Part shown: positions 13,945 through 26,735 of the stretch, one piece after another
How the letters are laid out: each line of letters starts with the position of its first letter
Position numbering within the stretch: the first letter of the stretch is position 1
From: Squalus acanthias
Taxonomy: Eukaryota
DNA: 64,000 bases
NCBI GenBank assembly: GCA_030390025.1
Contig: CM059432.1
Coordinates: 12,090,001-12,154,000 of the forward strand
Direction: 5' to 3'
Notes under the pieces: generated by a model
Told to the model about the DNA's origin: nothing
The model's database searches: none
The model's input: only the letters and a program-made list of their open reading frames with translations
Translations under genes and position numbers: made by a program

Positions 13945-14655
13945 GAGGGGGGTCGGAGGGAGGGGGGGGGGTCAGAGGGAGGGGGGTCAGAGGGAGGGGG
14001 GTTCAGAGGGAGGGGGGTTCAGAGGGAGGGGGGTTCAGAGGGAGGGGTCGGAGGGAGGGGGTCAGAGGGAGGGGGGTCAGAGGGAGGGGGGGGTCAGAGG
14101 GAGGAGAGGGTCGGAGGGAGAGGAGGGAGGGGGTCGGAGGGAAGGGAGGGTCGGAGGGATCGGAGGGAGGGCAGGTTGGAGCAGGGGGTCGGACGGAGAG
14201 GAGGGAGGGGGGGTCGGAGCAGGGGGTCAGACGGAGGGGGAGTCGGAGGGAGGGGAGGGTCGGAGGGAGAGGAGGGGGGGTCAGAGGGAGAGGAGGGGGG
14301 AGTCGGAGGGAGAGGGGGTCGGAGCGGGAGGGTCAGAGGGAGGGGGGGTCGGAGCAGGGGGTCGGACGGAGGGGGGGGTCGGAGGGAGGGGGGGGAGGGG
14401 GGTCGGACGGAGGGGGGGTCAAGGGAGGGGAGGGAGGGGGGCCGGACGGAGGAGGGGTCGGAGGGAGAGGGGCCGGACGGAGGGGGGGTCGGAGGGGGGG
14501 GGTCGGCGGGAGAGGGGGTCAGAGGGAGGGGGGGTCGGAGCGGGAGGGTCGGAGGGAGAGGAGGGGGGGTCGGAGGAAGGGGGGGGTCGTCGGACGGAGG
14601 GGGAGTCGGAGGGAGGGGGGGGGGAGGGGGGTCGGACGGAGGGGGGGTCGGAGGG
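13945..14655 (+). repeat. G-rich low-complexity minisatellite (GGAGGGAGGGGGGTC variants)
   Basis: Seen: about 710 bp of degenerate tandem units with G runs of 3 or more, in IMPA2 intron 1. Confidence 0.95.
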
Positions 14656-15054
14656 CACCCGGTGCCTGTGGAATTGTATCCGAATGAGGAGTTGATAAAA
14701 ATTGGTGAAGAAAAAACACATTAAGCCTTCTTTGCCAAAACCATTTTGTAGTTTAAAGCATGTCTAATTTTTTTTGAAGATACTAGCAGACCTCTTGACA
14801 TTGTTGACAGTAAATTAAATGAAACAAATTTTATAACAGGATCGTTATGCCATAACATGTAATGTTTTTTTCTACAACTAAAACTGGATTTAACTTTGTT
14901 CCATTCAAGCAACAAATGTGCATATCCTGAGGTCAATTATTGTTGGTAATGGATATTTGCCGATTTAACGCTGCTCGTTAATCCCCATTTGCCCTCCAAA
15001 GGTCAGAGGAAATCCTCAGGAAGTGACAGGCCATTTTTTGTTTAAAACTACTGA

Positions 15055-15702
15055 CAGCAAGCAATTAGGAAGGCAAATGGTATGTTGGCCTTTATTGCAA
15101 GGGGGTATAAGAGTAAGGAAGTCTTGCTGCAATTATACAAGGCCTTGGTGAGACCACACCTGGAGTACTGAGTACAGTTTTGGTCTCCTTACCTAAAGAA
15201 GGATATACTTGCCTTAGAGAGGTTCACCAGATTGATTCCTGGGATGAGAGGGTTTTCCTATGAGGCAAGATTGAGCAGAATGGGCCTATATTCTCTGGAG
15301 TATAGAAGAATGAGAGGTGATCTCATTGAAATATGTACAATTCTTAGGGGGCTTGACAGGGTAGATGCTGGGAGGCTGTTTCCCCTGGCTGGAGAGTCTA
15401 GAACTAGGGGGCATAGTCTCAGGATAAGGGGTCGGCCATTTAGGACTGAGATGAGGAGAAATGTCCACACTCAGAGGGTGATGAATCTTTGGAATTCTCT
15501 ACCCCAGAGTGGTGTGGATGCTCAGTCGTTGAGTATATTCAAGACAGAGATCGATAGATTTTTGGACACTAAGGGAATGTAGGGATATGGGGATAGGGCG
15601 GGAAAGTGGAGATGAGGCTGAAGATCAGCCGTGATCTTATTGAATGGCGGAGCAGGCTCGAGGGGCCGAATGGCCGACTCCTGCTCCTATTTCTTATGTT
15701 CT
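15055..15702 (+). mobile_element. CR1 LINE 3' fragment
   Basis: Seen: ORF2 C-terminal remnant (ORF 15232-15582) and tail. Confidence 0.9.
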
Positions 15703-17329
15703 TTACTGATTTGCACCCCCTCGCTCCCCACTGTGGTTGCACCTATGCTGCACAACAGTCAATTCTATGGTTTCAAGCAGGTCTCCAATTGAAGAAATAC
15801 GAAAACGAATAATGCATTTACTTTTTAAATCTCAAGGGTGGGGGAGCGGGGTGGGGTGGGGTGGGGGGGTGGGTTTCAGATGACTTCCTCAGGGCACTTC
15901 CTCAGTATAACAACAACTTACATAAAATGTCCCAAGGTGATTCACAGGGGTGTTATCAAACAAAATTTGACACCGAGCCACATAAGGAGATATTAGGGCA
16001 AATGGCCAAAAGCTTGGTCAAAGAGGTAGGTTTTAAAGAGTGCCTTAAAGGAGGAAAGAGAGGTAGAGAGGCGGAGAGGTTTAGGGAGGGAATTCCTGAG
16101 CTTAGGGCTGAGGCAGCTGAAGGCACGGCCACCAATTGTGGAACGATTAAAATCGGGGATGCGTAAGAGGCAAGAATTGGAGGAGCGCAGCTATCTCGGA
16201 GGGTTGCAGGGCTGGAGGAGGCTACAGAGATAGGGAGGGGCGAGGCCATGCAGGGATTTGAAAACAAAGAGGAGAATTTTAAATCGAGGCCATTGCAGGT
16301 GATTCATTGGCTACGACTGGATAAATAAGAATGGGACCAGGCGAGTGCAGTCCCACCCAGCTGGATGTTGGAGGAGGATAGCGTGGTCCACCGTGTCAAA
16401 GGCTGCAGACTGGTTGAGAAGGAATAGTTTACCATGGTCACAGTCACATAGGATGTCATGTGTGACTTTGATAAGAGCCATTTCAGTAATGTGGCAGGGG
16501 CGGATTCAAACATGGAGTTGCGGGAAAGGTGGGCATGGATGCGGGAGGCGACGGCACGTTCAAGGACTTTGGAGAGGAAAGGGAAGTTGGAGATGGGGCA
16601 GTCTGCACTGGAGTGTCAGCCTAGAATTTGTGCTCAAGTCCCTGGAGTGGGTCTTGAACCCACAGCCTACTGACTCAGAGGCGAGGGTGCTACCCACTGA
16701 GCCAAGGCTGACACCTGAGGGTCTCCGTCACTTCAACCATCAAAAGGTATTGCAGGTGTGCAATCATTCACCAGTGTCCATTCTGCTCTATTAAAATATA
16801 CTCTATGGGGATGTCTTGAAACAGCAGTTTTGGCCTTCATGTTAAATTACTGGTAGCATTTGTCATGCAGAACACAAGAATATCCGAACACTCCTGGTCA
16901 ATAAACACTGGATGACATTTGAACTGAAGCGTTCATAACTGTGGCACAGTCATTGAAAGTTTAAGTGGCATTTCCTATGTCACTATATAAACATAGTCTA
17001 CAAACAGCTCTTAAATGCTCTTCGAAAGAGCCGGTGCAGACTCGATGGGCCGAATGGCCTTCTTCTGCACCGTATTATTCTATAACACCTTTAAGCAGGC
17101 AGGTTAACACAAATGTCTGTAATTTCTATAAATTTTAAACAGTAAATCTAATCTCAGGGTTCAAATGCCTTAACTTCATCCTCACCGACCCGTCAACATC
17201 AGGAAAACGTCAGGAAGATTTAGATATGACTAAAAACGACTTGGAGATTACAATCCCATTTAACCACAGGAAATGCAAACAGAAAATGCTGGAAATGCAC
17301 ATCAGGTCAGTCAGCACCTGAACAAGCCT

Positions 17330-17710
17330 CCTGATCCTTGGCCACATGGAGCGGGGAGTGGGGGCGCGGGCAAGTCGGTGGACCTTCTCGTGGGTCTTCA
17401 CCTTGGCCTGGTCAAGGTGGCCATCTATAGGTCCAGGATGGACCTGGCCCAGGCGTGGGGGGGATGGCGGGCAGGGGGTGGGGTTGTCGCTCTGCTGCCT
17501 GCCTCGCTTCTGCGGTCTTATCTGCGCCCGGGTGGCTCTAGAGGGGTGGCGTACGGTGTCCACCAGCCTTCCATGAGCGGTGGGCTCCGCAGGGCCTGGA
17601 GTATATATAGTGGACACAGGTGGCAATATTATTATTTAGTTTTATAAGTTTCCTTTGTTCTTATGATTAACTTCTTATTAGTTGTGCCTCTTTAAAAAGG
17701 GGGGCACATT
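17330..17710 (+). mobile_element. Tx1/L1-clade LINE 3' fragment
   Basis: Seen: DLLVGLHLGLVKVAIYRSR and CLPRFCGLICARVALE remnants followed by a T-rich UTR. Recalled similarity to Tx1 ORF2 C-termini. Confidence 0.55.
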
Positions 17711-18040
17711 TACTTGTTTTTAGTTGAGGTCACTGGGGCAACCCAGTGCATCCTTACAGGTTATTTAGAAAAGGCATCTAAACAAGAAAGAAAGGTTATA
17801 AAAACAGAAAATGCTGGGAACACTCAGCAGGTCAGGCAGCATCTGTGGAGAGAGAGAGAAACAGAGTTAACGTTTCAGGTCGATGACCCTTCGTCAGAAC
17901 TGGAAAAAGTTCGAGATGTAACAGGTTTTAAGCAAGGGCAGGGGCGGGGAAAGCGGGGCGGAGGGGAGGAAAGCACAAAAGGGAAGGTCTGTGATAGGCA
18001 GGAGAGATTAAATGACAAAAATGACCCGATCAATCACAGA

Positions 18041-18204
18041 CAATATTCCCTCTAGTTTTTTCTTGGGCTGTGCGGCCCCTTTAACGGGCTGTGCGGGCCA
18101 TTCAAAATTCCCCGAATGCGCGGTTTATCCATTTAAAAGCCGGTGAGCCGGCTGTGCGGGATCTCCAGACCGCCGTGCAGCCGCGCAGCTTAAAGAGAAC
18201 ATTG
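18041..18204. mobile_element. hAT-type MITE (164 bp)
   Basis: Seen: CAATATTCCCTCTA / TTAAAGAGAACATTG TIR and exact 8-bp TSD ATCACAGA. Known: an 8-bp TSD with CA..TG ends is typical of hAT. Confidence 0.85.
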
Positions 18205-18300
18205 ATCACAGACCTTCCCTTTTGTGCTGTCCTCCCCTCCACCCCCACTGTCCCTGCCCCTGTACTTGCTTGAAACCCGTTACATCTCTTAACATTTTCC

Positions 18301-18337
18301 AGTTCTGACGAAGGGTCATCGACCTGAAACGTTAACT
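18301..18337 (+). ncRNA. Minimal hammerhead ribozyme-like motif (Penelope-associated type)
   Basis: Seen: AGTT-CTGACGA-A-GGGTC-ATC-GACCT-GAAA-CG-TT-AACT, i.e. stem I AGTT/AACT, core CUGANGA and GAAA, stem II, palindromic ACGT in place of stem III. An identical copy lies on the minus strand at 17865-17901. Confidence 0.7.
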
Positions 18338-18814
18338 CTGTTTCTCTCTCCGCAGATGCTGCCTGACCTGCTGAGCATTTCCAGCATTTTCGGTTTGATA
18401 TTTCAGATTTCCAGCATCCGCAGTATTTTGCTTTTGAAGAAAGAAAGGTTAATGTTTTGAGTGTGGAACCTTTCTATCTGAAATATTAACCTTTCCGGTT
18501 GCGCTCACAATGCCAGCCTATCTATCCGTCTCTTTCTGGTGCTGAATGACCGACTGCATTTTTATGTTTTTATTTCAGAGTTCCAGTGTCTGCAGTTTAA
18601 AATAATCAAAGCACTTTAAGGAAAAAGTTCCTTTAAGAGTCGGGTGGATCAAGGTTCCAATTTTTAAACCAAAATGAACAAGTCTCACGCCAAGTGATTC
18701 AGAATGGACAGATCGACCCTCAGGTTTTCAGACATTTTTATTCATGTGGAGGTTTGTGGCCTGTGATGGCCCATTTTTACAAAATTTACATTTTACCATT
18801 TTCTGATTTCCATA

Positions 18815-19300
18815 TTGCAAAATGACATAGAGGCACTGGAGAAGGTGCAAAACAGATTTACATGTACGATACCAGAACTGAGAGGTTATAACAATCAGGA
18901 AAGACTGAACAGGCTGGGGCTCTTTACTCTAAAAAAGAGAAGGCTGAGGGGTGACCTGATAGAGGTCTTTACATTTATGAAGGGGTTCGATAGGGTAGAC
19001 GTAGATATGTTTCCAAAAACTAGGGCCCATAAATACAAGATAGTCACTAATAAATCCAATGGGGAATTCAGGAGAAACCATCGAGTGGTTGGAATGTGGA
19101 ACTTGCTGCTGCAGGGAGCGGTTGAGGCGAATAACACAGATACATTTAAGGGGAAGCTAGATAAACACATGAGGGAGAAAGGAATAGAAGTTTATGCTGA
19201 TAGGGTTAGATGAAGTAGGGGTGGGAGGAGGCTCGTGTGGAGCATAAACACCGGCACAGACCAGTTGGGCCGAATGGCCTGTTTCAGTGCTGTACATTCT
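18815..19300 (+). mobile_element. CR1 LINE 3' fragment
   Basis: Seen: ORF 18815-19213 is a degenerate ORF2 C-terminus. Confidence 0.88.
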
Positions 19301-19493
19301 ATGTCATTTTTCTCCTGCAGCATGCTGCCAGTTCCCAGCGGCACATTAGAAGGCCAATCGGATAGGGAGGCATGTGGTTTGTATTGTCCAATGGCACCTC
19401 TTGGGACCCATTAAAGGTTGGATCCTGGACACTAATGAAGATGCAGAGTCCACTGCCTTTATACTGACAATGTACCGTTAGTAGGAATACCAT

Positions 19494-20341
19494 GGCCAGA
19501 ATTTTGCCGGCGCTTAGGGGGCAGGTTTGGAGGCAGGACATCCGGCAAAATCGCAAAAATTGACAGCGGGTCAGAAACCCGCTGTCAACCCGCCTCCAAT
19601 CAATCTTCCCAAGTGTCGGGTCCCCAATTTGCAGCAGGCGGGAAGAGGATTATAGCCACTTAACTGCTTGTTAACAGGTTGTTATCAGGCAGTTAACAGG
19701 CTTTTTCCAATTTTGACACTTCTACTGCGGGCTTCCCGACGTCCGGACACCACGCCAGGTAAGTGTGGCGTGTTGTGAGTCTGCTGTAATGTTTCTGCAT
19801 TGATGACAGCTGCAGAAGTGGTGTGAAGGATCCAACGGCGCACTGGTGAGTTTCAGAGGTAAGAAAATGTTGGGAGATTCATTTTTAATGCATTTAGACT
19901 TTTCTGTAGGTAACAGGTTTTGAATTGTATGTGTAGTCCCACCTCATTGGGAGAACCTCTCTCACCAGTGACACATCGCTTCCGTAACCTCACTTGCAGC
20001 TGCCATCTGTTCTAGCCTAAGGAGGGAGTCACTGGAGAGTCTGGGTGCAAGAGCTCATGTTTGTACAGTGAATGTCAGTGTTTGCAGCACCTCAATGCTG
20101 TCAAACACTGAAAAATCAACTGTCAAAAAAAATTGTGCGTGGTCCCTTTAAGAAAACCGGCAGATGCCACGTCATCAAATTACCTCATCTGACACCGGCT
20201 TCCTCTTAATTGGCTGGAGGGTGGGCTTAACAAGGCCAATTGACATAAAATTACATTTGTGAGCCGGATGTAGTTGGGGCGGGACTGGAACCTGGAAGGC
20301 AGCTAACCCTCCCAAGCTGCCCGAAGCATAAAATTGCAGCC
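19494..20341. mobile_element. Harbinger-like MITE, second family (about 850 bp)
   Basis: Seen: GGCCAGAATTTT / AAAATTGCAGCC imperfect TIR, flanks CAT/TAT. Shares colinear internal blocks with 33666-34504. Confidence 0.65.
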
Positions 20342-20484
20342 TATGTGTCTGTTGCCATTGCAAATTATCATGTGGAAAAAAGAAATCGACGCCACATGAA
20401 TCTCTAGATTGGACGACAGTGGAATTCATTTAGAAGTATCCATTATTTTCCACACAATTTCAGCCTTCCAATTAAACAATCTTA

Positions 20485-23040
20485 CATAGAATTACATAGA
20501 ATTTACAACACAGAAACAGGCCATTCACCCAACTGGTCCATGCCGGTGTTTATGCTCCACACGAGCCTCCTCCCACCCCTCTTCATCTCACCCTATCAGC
20601 ATATCCCTCTATTCCCTTCTCCCTCATATGCTTATCTAGCTTCCCCTTAAATGCATCTGTGCTATTTGCCTCAAATGCTCCCTGTGGTAGCGAGTGTCAT
20701 ATTCTAACCACTCTCTGGGTAAAACAAGTTCCTCCTGCATTCCCTATTGGATTTATTGATGACTATCTTATATTTATGGCCCCTAGTTTTGGACTCCCCC
20801 ATAAGTGGAAATATTTTCTCTATGTTTACCCAATCAAACCCTTTCATAATGAGACTCCATGGATGAATAAAGCCATAAGGGAACAATTGAGGGTAAGGAA
20901 AGAGGCATACATTAAGTACATAGACAGCAGGGGAGTGCATGATAAGAGAGAATACAAAAAGATTAAGAGAGAAGTCAAAAAAACAATTAGGGAGGCAAAG
21001 AGGAACTATGAAATTAAATTATCAAGGAACATAACACAAAATAGTAAAATATTTTACAGGCACATCAATAAAAAAAGGATGGTTGGGATGGGAATAGGGC
21101 CATTCAGGGATAGTCAGGATAATACCACAGGTAACGATAGAGAGATGGCAGAAATATTAAATAATTATTTTGCTTCAGTATTTACCAGGGAGATAGAACA
21201 GGTGGGCATGACATTGGATGATGAGATTAGTAATGAGATAAGTGCATTTAAAATAAAAGAGAAACTAAATAAACTAATCAAATTCAAAGAGGATAAAACC
21301 CCTGGTCCGGATGGATTGCATCCACACATTTCAAAAGAATCCAGGGAAGAGACAGCAGAGGCATTACCACACATATTTAATAATTCGTTAGAAATAGGTG
21401 TAGTGCCAGAGGACTGGCGGATAGCTAACATAATACCTATATTTAAGAAGGGAGATAGAACATGTCCATGGAATTATAGACCAGTCAGCTTAACATCGGT
21501 GGTAGGAAAAATGATGGAAACCCTCCTAAAGGAGAAAATAGAAGAACATCTAGAAACCAAAAACATAGTAATGAATAGTCAGCATGGATTTCAAAAGGGA
21601 AAGTCTTGCTTGACCAACCTCATTGAATTTTTCAAAGAGGTAACAGAGAGAGTGGACAATGGTAATGCAGTAGATGTAATTTATCTGGATTTTCAAAAGG
21701 CCTTCGATAAGGTACCCCATAATAGACTGATGAACAAGGTCAGAGAATGCGGAGTCAGGGGACAAGTAGCAGAATGGATTGCTGGCTGGCTTCAGGACAG
21801 AAAGCAGAGAGTAGGAGTAAAGGGTAGCTATTCACAGTGGCAGAAGGTGGGTAGTGGTGTTCCACAAGGATCAGTGCTGGGACCACTGCTGTTCACAATT
21901 TACATTAACGATTTAGACTTGGGAATCAAAAACACAATTTCTAAATTTGCAGATGACACCAAATTGGGAGGCTGGTCAATACTGAGGAGGACTGCAACAA
22001 ATTACAGGAGGACATTAATAAACTTGCAGAATGGGCATATAATTGGCAAATGAAGTTCCACACAGATAAATGTGAGGGATTACATTTTGGTAGGAAGAAT
22101 AGGGAGGTCACTTATTACTTGGAGGGTGCGAGTCTAGGTGGGGTAGAGGAACAAAGGGATCTAGGAGTACAAATACACAAATCACTAAAAGTTCTGACAC
22201 AGGTTAGCAAGGCCATAAAAAAGCAAACCAAGCACTAGGGTTTATTTCTAGAGGGATAGAATTGAAAAGTAGGGAAGTTATACTAAACCTGTATCGAACC
22301 TTGGTTAGACCACACTTCGAGTACTGTGTACAGTTCTGGTCACCATATTATAAAAAGGATATATAGGCACTGGAGAGGGTGCAGAGAAGATTTACAAGGA
22401 TGATACCAGAAATGCGAGGGTATACATATCAGGAAAGGATGAGGAGTGACCTAACAGAGGTCTTTAAAATTATGAAAAATGTTGATAAGAGTAGATACAG
22501 AGAGAATGTTTCCACTTGTGGGGAAGAGCATAACTAGAGGCCATCAATATAAGATAGTCACCAAGAAATCCAATAAGGAATTCAGAAGAAAATTCTTTAC
22601 CCAGAGAGTGGTGAGAATGTGGAACTCGCTACCACAGGGAGTGGTTGAAGCGAATAGTATAGATGCATTTAAGGGGAGGCTAGACAAGCATATGAGGGAG
22701 AAGGGAATAGAGGGTTATGCTGATAGAGTTAGATGAGGAAAGACGGGAGGAGGCGAGTGGAGCATAAACACCGGCATGGACTGGTTGGGCCTGAATTGCC
22801 TGTTTCTGTGCCGTATATCCTATGTAATAATCTTAAAGGCCTCGATCAGGTCACCCCTCAGTCTTCTCTCTTCTAGAGAAAAGAGCCCCAGCCTGGTTCA
22901 ATCTTTCCCGCTAGTTATAACCTCTCCGTTCTGATACCATCCTTGTGAATCTTTTTATTGCTCTTTCTCCAGTGCCGCTATATCCATTTTATAATATGGA
23001 GAGCAGAACTACGCACAGTCCTCCAAAGCGTGGTCTAATC
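20485..23040. mobile_element. Plus-strand CR1 (about 20850-22826, RT ORF to 22053) nested in a minus-strand CR1 fragment
   Basis: Seen: RT motifs in ORF 20659-22053; the minus-strand copy resumes after 22826 (..ctttcataat / aatcttaaaggcctcgatcagg..). Confidence 0.88.
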
Positions 23041-23817
23041 TTCTTTCTGACTTCAATTAAGAGCATTCATTGCAACCGTCACTTTAATTTTATCGGGGCA
23101 TAACATCTATTACACAAACTATACAAGGCTGTCGTTTAATCTCAAGGTCTCGGTGACATTCATGAAGCACTCGAGCTTTGCTGATGATTGATGAAGTCAT
23201 CTGAACGAGGAAACGAGCTTGTCGCACCCAGTTTTTTTTAAAGCAGGTAGCTCGACCTCCTTCCTGTTTTAAAGTCTTTGAATTTTCTGCAAAAGCTATT
23301 TGCGGAAATGCAGACAGGAGGCCAGCTACTGATCTTACAACATTTAAGATTTGCAGAAGCATCATGTACACAGACACCCCCCATTACTGAATTGGAAATG
23401 TCAATGGGATACAGTGCAATTCCTGCAACAAACTCCCCACCCCCTTGACGTACAGTTGCTTACAACAAACCCTGTTTTTAGTGTTTAAAATCGAGGTGTT
23501 TTTTTTACAAATTTAAGCAACCAACCGATTAGAAAATTGGCCAGCAGCCAAAACCGGCGTTTCATTTCATTTTTGGACCGTTAACGTAAAGTCATTAGAC
23601 AGACCACCCCCCTCCTAAAAAAAATTGCAGAAGGAATTGTTTGGACCCAAATTGCATAGTAAAAAAAATTAATGAAAATAAGCCAAGGCGACATGTCCTG
23701 TCCTGCCCTGCTGAATCGGCCTGGTAATCGGCTCCGGACCCGCTGCAGCTCCGCACAGGCTCGGCTGCCTCCCTGTTGCCATTTGGATACTTTCTTCCCT
23801 CTGCTTTGGAGACTCAC

Positions 23818-23904
23818 CTGTCCGGCCTCCAGCGCTACCTGCACCGCCGCTTGCAGGCACTGTTCCAGCGGCTGCTGGCAGCTCCTCTCCCCCGACCCTG
23901 CCAT
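23818..23904 (-). CDS. IMPA2: Inositol monophosphatase 2, first coding exon (MAGSGERSCQQPLEQCLQAAVQVALEAGQ)
   Basis: Seen: ATG at 23904, 29 codons, ending at consensus donor CAG|GTGAGT (phase 0). Known: resembles the vertebrate IMPA2 N-terminus (..WEECFQAAVQLALRAGQ). Joins in frame to the exon at 13430-13563. Confidence 0.9.
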
Positions 23905-24664
23905 CGCCCTTCTCCCTGGCGGCGGATCCGCTTCTTTGCTGTAGTTTGGTGAGGGTGGATGGGTGGCTGTCCCTCTCTCTCTCACACAGTCTCTCTGCTG
24001 CTCTCTAGTGTGTGTCCCAGCGATCAGCCCTGCACCCTCATTGTTCAAGCAGAACATTTCAGCTTCAGTCCTCCACAACATCTGCTGTGTTTGCCCCTCC
24101 TTCCCAAATGTTCCCAATCGCCCCCCCCCCCCAAATGTTCCCAATCCCCCCCCATGGCATCTGCCAACCTCTCACCGCATTTCCTGATTCGGTTCATTAC
24201 TGGGGCTCAAAGTGTGAGGGAGCTTTGCAATCATAGAATGGTTAGATAGACTTACATTTATATAGCGCCTTTCACGACCACCAGACGTCTCAAAGCGCTT
24301 TACAACCAATGAAGTACCTATGAGGTGTAGTCACTGTTGTAATGTGGGAAACGCGGCAGCCAATTTGCGCACAGCAAGCTCCCACAAACAGCAATGTGAT
24401 AATGACCAGGTAATCTTTTTGTGATGTTGATTGAGGGATCAATATTGACCAGGACACCGGGGATACCTCCCCTGCTCTTCTTCGAAATAGTGGCCACGGG
24501 ATCTTTCACGTCCACCTGAGAGAGCGGACGGGACCTCGGTTTAACGTCTCATCCGAAAGACGGCACCTCCGACAGTGCAGCGCTCCCTCAGCACTGCACC
24601 ATGTCAGCCTAGATTTATGTGCTCAAGTCTCTGGAGTGGGACGCGAACCCACAACCTTCTGACC

Positions 24665-26735
24665 TTACCGCACGAAAGAAGGCCGTTCGGCCTGTCGAGC
24701 CCGTGCCGACTCTCAGCTAGTCCCACTCCCCCGCCCTTTCCCCGTAGCCCTGCAAATTGCTTTCCTTCAGATACTTATCCAACTCCCTTTTGAAAGATAA
24801 GATTGAGGCTGCCTCCACCACCCTTTCAGGCAGAGCATTCCAGATCTTAACCACTCGCTGCGTAAAAAAGTATTTTTAATGTCGCCTTTGGTTCATTTGC
24901 AATGAAACTGGAAATTAGATTGCAACACCGTCAGCTGAACAGAACTGAAAGCTGGTTGTGTGGGTGGGGTGGGCTGGTGGGTGTTTGTAAATAGATATTG
25001 GGCCAAAAATTGATGCCGCTACGCGAGAGGTTTAGCTGTTATTTTGGGGGTGTGTAAGATTCATAGCTTTCACAGCACGTATGTGAAACTTATGAATGGA
25101 AGATGGTGTGCTGCCATTGGCTCTAACTGAGTCATGTGATCCCACAGCTCGCACGAATTCACTACGCCGGTGGGATACGCAAGCACTGCCCAGCTGATGT
25201 CTAGAACATCAAGTTCGTGCGAGCTAGATCTGAAAAAGCCAACGCGGAGTGAGAGATCGCGCCTGCTCCTTACCCCCGCGGGAACAGAGCGAGATCAATT
25301 TCTGGGCCATTAGTTGCCTTTTCCCTCTGCCTTTATCTCTGTAAATAGTGAAAGGTTTTGATAGAGTGGATACAGAGAGAGTGTTTCCACTTGTGGGGAA
25401 GAGCATAACTAGAGGCCATCAATATAAGATAGTCACCAAGAAACCAAATTAGGGAATTCAGAAGAAACTTCTTTACCCAGAGAGTGGTGAGAATGTGGAA
25501 CTCGCTACCACAGGGAGTGGTTGAAGCGAATAGTATAGATGCATTTAAGGGGAGGCTGGATAAGCATATGAGGGAGAAGGGAATAGAGGGTTATACTGAT
25601 AGAGTGAGATGAGGAAAGACGGGAGGAGGCTCGAGTTGTGCATAAACGCCGGCGTGGCCTGGTTGGGCCGAATGGCCTGTTTCTGTGCCGTATATCCTAT
25701 GTAAGTGGAAGTGCTTCACAGATCTAACAGCAGGGCCGAGAGCAGCGTTGTATCGCTGCAATCCACTGCAGATTAAATTCTGCTAACTGCCTAGTGATTC
25801 CATCACATCGAATCCTTCAGTGACCCTTGGGTTTCCAGCTCCTGATCCCTTGTCAAAATGTTTCTGTGTAGCTTTAAGCGTTATCCTACATGGTGTCAAA
25901 AACTAAATACAGTATAAAAAGCATGGCCATACAGTGAGGGTGGTGGTATTTTGCTTGCATCTAGTGGCGCTGTCATGCATAATAGTGATCCACACGCAAA
26001 GTCGGTTGTCAATTTATACCTGATTGGTTTAAATATCATATTCATAAAACAACAACACATCACACCTATGAATGATCAAATAGAATCATAGAATGATACA
26101 GCACAGAAGGAGGCCATTCAGCCCATCGTGCCTGTGAAAGCGCTCTCCAAATAGTCCCATTCCCCTGCCCTTTCCTCACCCCTTCAAGCATTTATCCAAT
26201 TCCCTTTTGAAAGTTACTATTGAATCTGCTTCCACCGCCCTTTCAGGCAGTGCCTCCCAGATCATGACAACTCGCTGCGTAAAAAAAAAAATCTCAGATC
26301 ACCTCTGGTTCTTTTGCCAATTACCTTAAATCAGTGTCCTCTGGTTTTCGACCCTTCTGCCACTGGAAACAGTTTCTCCTTATTTACTCTGTCAAGACCC
26401 TTCATGATTTTGAACACCTCTATTAACTCTCCCCTTAACCTTCTCTGCTCTAAGGAGAACAAACCCAGTTTCTCGAGTCTCCCCACATAACTGAAGTCCC
26501 GCATCCTTGGTACCATTTTAGTAAATCTCATAGAATTATAGAAATTTACAGCACAGAAGGAGGTCATTCGGCCCCTCTTGTCTGTGCCAGCCGACCAAGA
26601 GCTATCCACCACCCTTTCAGGCAGTGCATTCCAGATCGTAACAACTCACTGCGTAAAAAAAAACCTCCTCAGCTCACCTCTGGTTCTCCTCTGCACCCTC
26701 TCCAAGGCCTTGACATCCTTCCTGAAGTGTGGTGT
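24665..26735. mobile_element. Cluster of short CR1 3' fragments (24665-24900 minus, 25345-25703 plus, 26080-26735 minus and nested)
   Basis: Seen: FFTQRVV..WN.LP remnants and CR1 tails. Confidence 0.8.
25000..25308. mobile_element. Short Harbinger-like MITE (309 bp)
   Basis: Seen: 15-bp TIR GGGCCAAAAATTGAT / ATCAATTTCTGGGCC (2 mismatches) with exact 3-bp TSD ATT. Confidence 0.7.

Larger units (their letters stand above)
17799..18436. mobile_element. Fold-back Penelope-like element fragment (family A) with inverted pLTR arms
   Basis: Seen: arm about 17800-17996 is the inverted copy of about 18205-18395, flanked by a 15-bp direct repeat AAGAAAGAAAGGTTA (17784-17798, 18437-18451). The same repeat at 33597-34820 is contiguous with a GIY-YIG-like C-terminus. 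Confidence 0.75.

Noticed and set aside
14176..14724. 182-aa Gly/Arg-rich ORF and its Pro-rich antisense ORFs
   Set aside because: Translation artefact of the G-rich minisatellite.
23581..24144. 187-aa ORF as a single-exon gene
   Set aside because: Only 23818-23904 resembles IMPA2; the rest is UTR/promoter and intron read-through.
25957..25972. CTCF-like motif GCCACTAGATGCA on the minus strand
   Set aside because: Single imperfect match with no supporting context.
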